From Candidatus Latescibacterota bacterium (GTDB lineage Bacteria; Latescibacterota; UBA2968), in the NCBI GenBank assembly GCA_965222605.1, contig OZ244960.1:3712001-3776000 (forward strand): DNA of 64,000 nt, read 5' to 3'. The notes under the pieces were generated by a model, which saw only the letters and a program-made list of their open reading frames with translations, was not told the DNA's origin and did no database searches. The position numbers and the translations under genes are program-made. Of this stretch, positions 56,478-64,000 are shown one piece after another. The stretch's first letter is position 1. Every line of letters starts with the position of its first letter.

Positions 56478-57404
56478 GAAGCTGTTTTAAAACTATTGTG
56501 AGTGAAGAAAAGGGTTGAAAAAGCGTATTCATCTGTCCAAATTCAGGTTATGCAAATCACCCTGAAACGAAAGGACAAAGATGAATACGCAAAGAGAATA
56601 TCCGACAAATGTCACCCAAGCGCAATGGCAACTGCTGATCCCCTTGCTGCCCAAACGCAAATGGCGAAAAGGAGGTCCCGGACGCCCTCCTGCCAATTTG
56701 CGCCAAGTGTTCAATGGCATCCTGTATCTGACGAAGACCGGCAGCCAATGGCGCATGCTACCCCATACCTTCGGCTGCTGGCAGACCGTGTATGGCTATT
56801 TCAATCGTTGGCGCGAGCAAGGCATCTTTGAGCAGGTGCAACAGGCACTCACGCGGCGAGAAAGAAAACGGCAGGGACGTAAGCCTACCGCATCAGCAGG
56901 CTGCATTGACAGCCAAAGTGTCAAGACAGCAACACAAGGAAAATCAAAAGGTTATGATGCTGGAAAAAAGGTCAATGGACGCAAACGCCATCTTCTCGTT
57001 GATACCCTCGGACTCGTCATCAGCACCTATGTCTCGCCTGCTGATCTCCAAGACCGTGATGGCTTAAAGCAGGTGCTCAATCAGTATTTTGACACGGGAG
57101 AGACACGCTTACGCAAGCTATGGGTCGATGGCGGCTATCGCGGTGAAGACCTCAAGAAATGGGTCGCTGCTAAGAAGCAGACGCATAAGATTGATCTTGA
57201 GGTTGTCACCCCAAAAGGCAAAGGCTTTCAACTCGTCAAACGTCGGTGGGTCGTCGAGCGCACCTTTGCCTGGTTATTTAATTTTCGCCGACTATCAAAG
57301 GATTATGAAGACTTGACCGACAGTAGTGAAGCCTTTATTTACATCGTTATGATTTACCTCTTAATCAACAGACTCGCTTAAGCGAGGGGTTTTAAAACAG
57401 CTTC
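56478..57404 (+). mobile_element. IS5-family (IS1031-like) insertion sequence
   Basis: Perfect IRs GAAGCTGTTTTAAAAC / GTTTTAAAACAGCTTC; TAA duplication at 56475-56477 and 57405-57407. Confidence 0.92.
56581..57381 (+). CDS. IS5-family transposase (intact)
   Basis: IDSQSVKT, GYDAGKKVNGRKRH, WVDGGY and RWVVERTFAW. Confidence 0.93.
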   Translation: MNTQREYPTNVTQAQWQLLIPLLPKRKWRKGGPGRPPANLRQVFNGILYLTKTGSQWRMLPHTFGCWQTVYGYFNRWREQGIFEQVQQALTRRERKRQGRKPTASAGCIDSQSVKTATQGKSKGYDAGKKVNGRKRHLLVDTLGLVISTYVSPADLQDRDGLKQVLNQYFDTGETRLRKLWVDGGYRGEDLKKWVAAKKQTHKIDLEVVTPKGKGFQLVKRRWVVERTFAWLFNFRRLSKDYEDLTDSSEAFIYIVMIYLLINRLA

Positions 57405-57484
57405 TAACGGGCCTCGACGGCAAGACATATAGTGCCTCTGACTATCGCGGCAAAGTGCTCGTGCTTGCGATCATCGGGCATACC

Positions 57485-57520
57485 TGACCGTTCTGTAGAG
57501 CGGCGGGTCCGTCACTCGAA
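57485..57520 (+). promoter_or_regulatory. In-frame UGA with SECIS-like hairpin
   Basis: TGA at 57485; GAG-C-GGCG-[GGTC]-CGTC-A-CTC stem-loop with the apical loop 18 nt after the UGA. Confidence 0.65.
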
Positions 57521-58639
57521 ACATTCTGGGAAAAATATAAAAACAACCCCAATGTTAAGATGCTCGGTCTTGATGTTTGGGGTGGCAGTCAGTCGCAGGT
57601 TCAGGCTTATAAGGACGCGGCACAAGTCACCTTTCCCCTGCTTATAGGAGCGAGTCGTTCTATTGCGCCCTCGCATGATTATCTCCTTGTAGTTGGTCCC
57701 GATGGGACTGTGAAATTGTCAAAAAGCAGTCTGAAATCATCCATTTCTGCTGCGGCAACGGCAACATTGGTTGATGATCTGGAAAAACAAATACCCGCAA
57801 GTGTGCCGACGATCACTGTGCAGCAAACGGCAGTTGATTTCGGCACTATTGACACGGGTCAAACAGGTCAACAGACGATTACGATTACGAACACGGGAAC
57901 TGCGCCTCTGGAGATTACAGGTATTCTGAGTGATGTGTCGGGTTTGACGTTTGAACCTTCTACATTTACACTATCTCCCAACAGTTCACAGACAGTTACG
58001 ATTATGTTTCCGAGTTCGACAGTGGGCACTTTTTCGGGGAATATCAATATTTCGAGTAATGACCCCGATCGTGCAACCCAGACACTATCCGTTTCTGTGA
58101 TCGTCCAACCGCCACCTGCGCCGACGATCGCTATTCAGGAACAATCAATTGATTTCGGCACGATTGACGCAGGTCAAACAGGTCAACAAACTATTACGAT
58201 TACGAATACGGGTACTGCGACTCTTGAGATAACGGGTATTGAGAGCAGCGATGTGCCGGGTTTGACGTTTGATCCTGCGATGTTTACACTGGAACCCGAC
58301 GGTTCACAGACAGTTATGATCGCTTTTCCGAGTTCGACAGCGGGCACGTTTTCGGGTAATATCAATATTTTGAGTAATGATCCGAATAATGCAAAACAGA
58401 CATTATCCGTTTCTATAATAGTCAAGGTTTCTTCTGCCAACCCCAAGGCCGATTTTGATGGCGATGGCGTGGTTGGTATTACCGATTTTCTCTTGTTTGT
58501 GGAGGCATTTGGATCAACCGATTCCAAATTCGATATCGATGGCGATGGCGTGGTTGGTGTGACCGATTTTCTCCTTTTTGTGGAGGCATTTGGAAAAAAG
58601 GTTGACGGATAGGTCGGCTTTTGAGTTGCGACTTTCGGC

Positions 58640-58668
58640 TTGACACCTGTAGCGTAAATTTCTATGTT
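58640..58668 (+). promoter_or_regulatory. Sigma70 promoter of the pheST leader
   Basis: TTGACA-17-TATGTT. Confidence 0.6.
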
Positions 58669-58676
58669 TTGCCTTC

Positions 58677-58950
58677 AAAGCTATGAAGGAGAAAAGTAGC
58701 CTGTTTCCAACTGCACAGAGAGGATGTGTCCTGGGCTGAAAGCACATCTGCAGGATGCACAGGTGAAGTTCCCTCCCGAGCTGCAAAGCCGAATGGAAAG
58801 ACAGTTTCTTAGTAAGCCGAGCCGGTGGGTCCGCCGACAATGGACAGGATGGTGACAGCCATCTACTGAGTGGTGCTTTTAAGCGCAAATAGGGTGGTAC
58901 CGCGGAAAGCTCTTTCGTCCCTATGATGACGAAGGGGCTTTTTGTTTTTT
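58677..58950 (+). ncRNA. T-box riboswitch (Phe specifier)
   Basis: AGTA, AGAGA and GCTGAA motifs; GAAG-TTC specifier (58769-58771); T-box AATAGGGTGGTACCGCG (58888-58904); terminator hairpin with T-run. Confidence 0.88.
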
Positions 58951-58974
58951 ATACTAACATTGGAGTTTCTATTA

Positions 58975-60513
58975 ATGGATCTCGCATCTTTACATGCTCT
59001 CGAAATTCGCATTTTGCGTGCATATAAAAATAATGCCAGTGCCGAGCAGTCCGATGCACAACTTCAAAAGGGCGCGGGCATTGGCGAAGGACAGGTTCGG
59101 CGCGCGGTTGAGTGGCTGATTTCCAAGCAATTGCTCGAAGTTACTGGAGAAAATACGCGCGTGACTGTTTCGCTTACGGAAGTGGGACGGGATTTTGCCT
59201 CAAAGGGCGCGACGCCAGAGACGGCACTTTTGACCCGGGCGAGCGCAGAGCGCGTTGGGATTCAAGATTTGCAAGCCGACGAGCGTTTTGACAGAGGTGC
59301 CTGGGGTAGTGCATTTGGCGGTTTGAAAAAGGATGGCATCATTGATCTGGACAAAGGGGCTATTGTTATTGTCGATGCAGATCGCGCTTCTTTTTTTGTT
59401 GATCGACTGATGCCAGAACTTTTTGCGAAATTTTCCGATACTGGAATTGAGATCGGTGATTTCCCCAGTGATATTGTCCAATATATTGAAGCCCATGCCC
59501 GAAAACGCGGCGGGGGCAGGGGACCTGTTCGTTTAGACGAGCGCACGGAGCGGATTTATCGCCTGACTGAAGAAGGACAGCGCGTGCTTGTGGAGGTTGT
59601 TAAAGCCAATCTCACGGGTGATGAAATTTCTCGTCTCACGCCCGAAATGATTCAGAAAGGCACATGGCAGGGTGCGTCTTTTCGCCGATATGATCTGTCG
59701 ATTAAGCCGCCGCGGGTGCTTATTGGGAAGCACCATCCCTATCGGGCTTATCTGGACAATGTGCGGCGCCGGTTGATGGCACTCGGTTTTGAAGAGATGA
59801 AAGGTTCGCTGGTCGAAACCGAGTTTTGGAATATGGATGCCCTTTTTATGCCGCAGTTCCACGCGGCACGCAATATTCACGATGCGTATTATGTGACGGA
59901 GCCGACGCGATCCCGAGAGGCTGAAGAACCCCATTTTTCGAGGGTGGCTGAGGCGCATCAAAATGGGGGCGAAACAGGCTCGCGTGGGTGGCGATATGAG
60001 TTCAATCCCGCACAGTCGCGTCGCCTTATTTTGCGGAGTCAGGGCACCGCGCTTTCGGCGCGTACGCTTGCTTCAGAGCCAAATATCCCGGGCAAGTATT
60101 TCGCCCTTGCCCGTTGCTTTCGGCCGGATGATGTCGATGCCACGCACGCAGCGGATTTTTTTCAGGCTGAGGGTATTGTGTTGGGCGAGGAAATAAATTT
60201 TCGCAGTTTGCTCGGTTTGCTCAAGCTGTTTGCCCTTGAGATCGCGCAGGCCGAAGCCGTGCGCTATGTGCCCGATTATTTTCCTTTTACCGAGCCTTCG
60301 GTCGAACTTCAGGCGAAGCATCCTGTTCTCGGCTGGATTGAGCTTGGCGGTGCGGGTCTTTTCCGTCCTGAACTCACCCGACCTCTGGGCGTGGATGTGC
60401 CAGTTATTGCCTGGGGGTTGGGGGTTGATCGCATGGCGATGGTCGCGCTGGGTATTAACGATATACGCGATTTGTTCAGTACGGATTTGGATTTGGTTAG
60501 AAATACGCGATAG
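58975..60513 (+). CDS. pheS: Phenylalanyl-tRNA synthetase alpha subunit, archaeal/spirochaete-type long form
   Basis: About 512 aa with N-terminal winged-helix-like region; FWNMDALFMPQFHAAR, DATHAADF, YFPFTEPSVE and AWGLGVDRMAM. Confidence 0.92.
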   Translation: MDLASLHALEIRILRAYKNNASAEQSDAQLQKGAGIGEGQVRRAVEWLISKQLLEVTGENTRVTVSLTEVGRDFASKGATPETALLTRASAERVGIQDLQADERFDRGAWGSAFGGLKKDGIIDLDKGAIVIVDADRASFFVDRLMPELFAKFSDTGIEIGDFPSDIVQYIEAHARKRGGGRGPVRLDERTERIYRLTEEGQRVLVEVVKANLTGDEISRLTPEMIQKGTWQGASFRRYDLSIKPPRVLIGKHHPYRAYLDNVRRRLMALGFEEMKGSLVETEFWNMDALFMPQFHAARNIHDAYYVTEPTRSREAEEPHFSRVAEAHQNGGETGSRGWRYEFNPAQSRRLILRSQGTALSARTLASEPNIPGKYFALARCFRPDDVDATHAADFFQAEGIVLGEEINFRSLLGLLKLFALEIAQAEAVRYVPDYFPFTEPSVELQAKHPVLGWIELGGAGLFRPELTRPLGVDVPVIAWGLGVDRMAMVALGINDIRDLFSTDLDLVRNTR

Positions 60514-60529
60514 GATAGCAGGAGTAAAA

Positions 60530-62251
60530 ATGCCAATAATTACAGTCAATAAACCCGATTTTGAACGTCTTGCAGGGCAGGCTTATTCTTTGGAGAGCCT
60601 GAGTGCTGCGCTTGAAACTGCCAAGGCAGAAATCGATGCTGAAGAGGGCGATACACTCCGTATTCAGCTCAAAGATACGAACCGCCCCGATCTCTGGTCG
60701 GCAGAGGGGCTTGCGCGGTTGCTCAAAAGCCATCGGGAGAATGTTCAACCGGATTATGTTTTTTTTGATGCGTCTGGCGTATCGCAGGAACGGGAGGTTA
60801 TTGTCGATGCCGGATTGCGAAATATCCGTCCCTTTATTGCCGCTTTTGCATGTGAAGGGATTGCGATTGATGATGCGGCACTTGACGCGCTTATCGAGGC
60901 GCAGGAAAAACTCGCCGATGGGTATGGGCGCGGTCGCAGCGTTGTTGCGATTGGGATTTACGATGCGTCCGATATTGTGTATCCGGTGCGATACGATGCG
61001 GTTGATCCCGATGCGACGGCTTTTATTCCTCTGGAGTTTGAGGAGGAGATGTCTTTGCGACAGATTTTGTCCGACCATCCCGCGGGCAGGATGTATGCAC
61101 ATCTTCTCGAAGGTAAGGATAAGTTTCCCCTGATCCGCGATTCGCGCGGCGAGGTTCTTTCCATGCCTCCGGTGATCAATAGCCAGAGCCTGGGGCGCGT
61201 TGAAGTGGGGGATACGTTTTTGTTTTGCGAAGCAACGGGGCCTGAACTCGATGCTATTCTCCTGTCTATGGCGATTATGGCGGTCAATATGGCTGACCGG
61301 GGCGGTCGCATTTATCCCGTAACCGTGCGCTATCCATATCACACGCCAAGAGGGCAAGTTCTGACCTGTCCGTATGATCTGACCGAGCCAGTGCAGGTGG
61401 ATGTAGATGAGATTTACAAAGTGGTTGGGTCACATATTTCGATGGGGCAGATTCAGACCGCGCTCACGGCAATGGGTTATCGGGATATCGATGTACAGGG
61501 CGGGCGTATCAGCGTGTGCCCAGCACCTTATCGCGACGATATTTTGCATCCCGTAGATATTGTGGAAGATGTTGTGATCGGTGTGGGATACGAGGCTTTT
61601 GAACCCGAGATGCCCCGGGATTTTACGGTTGGCAAAGCCGCGCCAGAAGAGGATCTCGCAGACCAATTTCGCAATCTCATGGTTGGGAGTGGATTTCAAG
61701 AGGTCTTTTTGCCTATTCTTTGTTCTCAAAAAGAACAGACCGTGGATATGAATAATCCGGATGCAAAGATTATTTCGATTTCAAATCCCATGTCCGAAAA
61801 TTACAGCGCGATTCGAGGAGCGCTGCTGCCCGGTTTGCTCAAGACCGAAGCGACAAGCCGCCGCGCGCTGTATCCGCATCGGATTTTTGAGGTGGGTGAA
61901 GTGGGGGTTCTCGATCCCGGGGAAAATTACGGCACGCGTACAGATATTCATCTTTGCGCGCTCGAAGCGAGTGACGAAGCCAATTTGTCTGGCGTTCAGA
62001 GCTATCTCGAGGTGTTATCCTATTATTTTAACTTTGAATACAATATTGCGCCGATTGATCATCCCACATTTTTGCCCGGTCGCAGTGGCGAGATCCGCAT
62101 AGGCGAGCGCGTTTACGGGCTTATTGGCGAAGTGCATCCCAGCGTTCTCGAAATCTGGGGTATAAATTATCCCGTTAGTGCATTTGAGGTTGATATTCGC
62201 ATTGTATCCAAACGGGCGGGCACAGGGGCACCGCCCCTACATAAGGATTGA
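60530..62251 (+). CDS. pheT: Phenylalanyl-tRNA synthetase beta subunit, archaeal-type short form
   Basis: AGGAG SD; MPIITV, DTNRPDLWSAEG, VLSMPPVINS and RDDILHPVDIVED; about 573 aa, lacking B2 and B8. Confidence 0.92.
   Translation: MPIITVNKPDFERLAGQAYSLESLSAALETAKAEIDAEEGDTLRIQLKDTNRPDLWSAEGLARLLKSHRENVQPDYVFFDASGVSQEREVIVDAGLRNIRPFIAAFACEGIAIDDAALDALIEAQEKLADGYGRGRSVVAIGIYDASDIVYPVRYDAVDPDATAFIPLEFEEEMSLRQILSDHPAGRMYAHLLEGKDKFPLIRDSRGEVLSMPPVINSQSLGRVEVGDTFLFCEATGPELDAILLSMAIMAVNMADRGGRIYPVTVRYPYHTPRGQVLTCPYDLTEPVQVDVDEIYKVVGSHISMGQIQTALTAMGYRDIDVQGGRISVCPAPYRDDILHPVDIVEDVVIGVGYEAFEPEMPRDFTVGKAAPEEDLADQFRNLMVGSGFQEVFLPILCSQKEQTVDMNNPDAKIISISNPMSENYSAIRGALLPGLLKTEATSRRALYPHRIFEVGEVGVLDPGENYGTRTDIHLCALEASDEANLSGVQSYLEVLSYYFNFEYNIAPIDHPTFLPGRSGEIRIGERVYGLIGEVHPSVLEIWGINYPVSAFEVDIRIVSKRAGTGAPPLHKD
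62213..62240 (-). repeat. GTAG-type REP inside the pheT 3' end
   Basis: Reverse complement GTAGGGGCGGTGCCCCTGTGCCCGCCCG. Confidence 0.7.
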
Positions 62252-62254
62252 ATT

Positions 62255-63445
62255 ATGGACAAACTCAAAGTTGGCATTCTGGGTCTCGGTCGCGGTTTTA
62301 CGCATTTCAGAAATTTTCTCGCTCTTGAAGAGGCAGAGGTTATCGGTGCTTGCGACCGCTTTCCGCGTTTGAGAGAACGCGCCGAGCAACATTTAATATC
62401 GGTTGGTGCATCGGCTCCGATTTTGCCTGAATTTGACGATTTGCTCGATCTCAAACCCGATGCTATTGTGGTTGCGACGAATGGCAAATTGCAGGTCGAA
62501 CACGGCTGTGAGGCCATGCGTGCGGGTTGTCATGTGCTTTCCGAAGTTCCCGGTGCTTATACGCAAGAAGAGTGTATGAATTTGCGCCAAATCGTTGAAT
62601 ACACGGGCAAAACGTATATGCTGGGAGAAAATACTTGCTATTGGGATTTTTTTCGCTATTTCCGCAAGTGGGTTGCCGAAGATCGCTTTGGTCCCATTTC
62701 TATTGCCGAAGGTGAATATATTCACCATTTGCCGGCTACGCTTTTTCGCCCCGATAGTTCGCGTTATACACCGACTCGAGCGCGAGCTGCTGGTCATACT
62801 GATACGAGGCCGATCTGGCGCGCCGACCAACCTCCTATTCAATATCTGACACATGACCTGGGGCCATTGCTCGAAGTGCTTGATGACCGCTGTATTTCTG
62901 TTTCTTGCCGCAGCGCGCCATTCCGAAGTGCCGACGCGCCTTTGCGTTCCGACGGACAAATCGCGGTGTTCGAAACAGCGAAGGGTGCGCTTATCAAGAT
63001 TATGGTTACGCTGAATACGGCCCGGCCTTCTGAACATCGCTATCGCATCTTTGGCGTTGAGGGCGGTGCCGAATGGTTTAGCTATGAAAAACTCGCCCGT
63101 CGCTTTTCGCGGGGTGCGGATCATCGCAGTGGTTGGGAGGTTCTGCCTGTTGGCCTGGGAGCGCTTGGCGATGATACTTCTGCAGGGCACGGCGGTGCGG
63201 ACTTAAAACTCGCCCGCCATTTTACACAGTCTATTCTCGATGGCAAACCATCGCCGATTGATGTGTATCGCGCTATTGAATACTGCTTGCCGGGGATTCT
63301 GGCAAATAAATCTGCGGAGTTGGGCGGTGCGCCAGTTCCCATTCCGGATTTTCGCCTCACGCCATTTGAACACACAATTTTTTGGGATAGTTTGGGCCTT
63401 CCCGAACGCGATCCAGAGTCCCGGCCTTATCAGCCGCTTGAGTAG
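62255..63445 (+). CDS. Gfo/Idh/MocA oxidoreductase
   Basis: VGILGLGRG, HVLSEVP, AEGEYIH and GHGGAD. Confidence 0.88.
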   Translation: MDKLKVGILGLGRGFTHFRNFLALEEAEVIGACDRFPRLRERAEQHLISVGASAPILPEFDDLLDLKPDAIVVATNGKLQVEHGCEAMRAGCHVLSEVPGAYTQEECMNLRQIVEYTGKTYMLGENTCYWDFFRYFRKWVAEDRFGPISIAEGEYIHHLPATLFRPDSSRYTPTRARAAGHTDTRPIWRADQPPIQYLTHDLGPLLEVLDDRCISVSCRSAPFRSADAPLRSDGQIAVFETAKGALIKIMVTLNTARPSEHRYRIFGVEGGAEWFSYEKLARRFSRGADHRSGWEVLPVGLGALGDDTSAGHGGADLKLARHFTQSILDGKPSPIDVYRAIEYCLPGILANKSAELGGAPVPIPDFRLTPFEHTIFWDSLGLPERDPESRPYQPLE

Positions 63446-63467
63446 ATCGCGGTTAGAGTTGTATTGA

Positions 63468-63504
63468 CAAAAAAATCCGAATCGTTGCGATTCGGATTTT
63501 TTTT
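63468..63504. terminator. Bidirectional terminator
   Basis: AAAAAAATCCGAATCG-TTG-CGATTCGGATTTTTTT. Confidence 0.8.
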
Positions 63505-63526
63505 ATAGAGATGAAAAGGGTAAGTA

Positions 63527-64000
63527 TTAGAACCGAACATGCAAGCTGCTTGTAATCAGGCGTCCGATCCAGGGCGCACCGATAAGTGATTGATATTCCT
63601 GGTTTAGCAAATTGCTGGCATTCAAATTTAAGGAGGTGCTGAAGCGATCTTTTGAAAGAGGCAACTGATAAGTGATATTCAAATCCAAAACAGTATGAGC
63701 ATCTACATTGCCGACATATATACCCGATTGCATTGGAAAACCATCGCGGTAGCGCAATTTTCCTCGGAACGTGAGCGGTACATTGGGCAGTTGACAATCG
63801 ATACCGATATTAAATTTGTGCCTGGGGGCATTGAGGGCAATGTCGCCGATGTTGTCTAAGTTGGGGAATAAGTCCTCGCTGACATAGGAGTAATTGCCTG
63901 TAAAAGCCCATATTTCGTTTGGGTAATAAGCAAACGATAGATCGGCACCGTAGAGTGTGATGTTGCCAAAATTGCGAGGTGCGACCATTACTGCAGTGGG
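63527..64000 (-). CDS. TonB-dependent receptor, C-terminal part (5' end outside the window)
   Basis: NFGNITLYGADL, NAPRHKFN, NASNLLNQEY and terminal F. Confidence 0.8.
   Translation of the reverse strand, partial: PTAVMVAPRNFGNITLYGADLSFAYYPNEIWAFTGNYSYVSEDLFPNLDNIGDIALNAPRHKFNIGIDCQLPNVPLTFRGKLRYRDGFPMQSGIYVGNVDAHTVLDLNITYQLPLSKDRFSTSLNLNASNLLNQEYQSLIGAPWIGRLITSSLHVRF

Larger units (their letters stand above)
56393..58612 (+). pseudogene. Exported redoxin selenoprotein (UxxC) with 2 Ig-like (ASH/choice-of-anchor D-like) and 2 EF-hand/dockerin-like repeats, interrupted by IS5
   Basis: Removing the IS restores MRQYLL...AQTVNFSLTGLDGKTYSASDYRGKVLVLAIIGHT-TGA-PFC..., in frame with ORF 57560-58612. 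Confidence 0.82.

Noticed and set aside
57560-58612. Stand-alone 350-aa gene as given in the ORF track
   Set aside because: It is the 3' part of the IS5-split, UGA-containing gene starting at 56393
60230-60529. 100-aa N-terminal extension of PheT
   Set aside because: Overlaps pheS; the SD and the typical MPxI start place the true start at 60530

Overview
This is a 64-kb bacterial chromosomal window from a diderm (TonB receptors, LptE). The gene content (DUF6785, PhyH-family genes, dockerin/EF-hand-tailed exported proteins) suggests a Latescibacterota-like or other FCB-superphylum organism, but that is inference only. The housekeeping core is uvrA, tRNA-Arg(UCG), hemL, a complete rrn operon (16S, tRNA-Ile, tRNA-Ala, 23S, 5S), an EF-G paralogue, prpBCD, yebC-ruvCAB-tsaB-rimI, cysK, a form-II coxSLMG-like cluster and pheST. 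A decaying accessory island at about 4.1-14.8 kb holds pseudogenes, three IS elements (IS256, IS4, IS701) and several antitoxins without toxins; a fourth IS (IS5) lies at 56.5 kb. Most notable: (1) two related 27-34 bp hairpin micro-insertions (GA..GGnGTACAAC-stem/loop-GTT|CAT) inside two unrelated transposase genes; (2) a hidden exported selenoprotein (UxxC redoxin with a SECIS-like hairpin, two Ig-like domains and an EF-hand tail) split by IS5; (3) a Phe T-box riboswitch controlling an archaeal/spirochaete-type PheRS; (4) a membrane-tethered ECF sigma factor with three extracytoplasmic repeats, next to a TPR-TlpA gene; (5) three 14-bp palindromes abutting the start codon of an AAA_14/DUF4143 gene; (6) GTAG/CGTC-type REP composites, one of them translated in the PheT tail. 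All family assignments come from motif recognition, not database searches.
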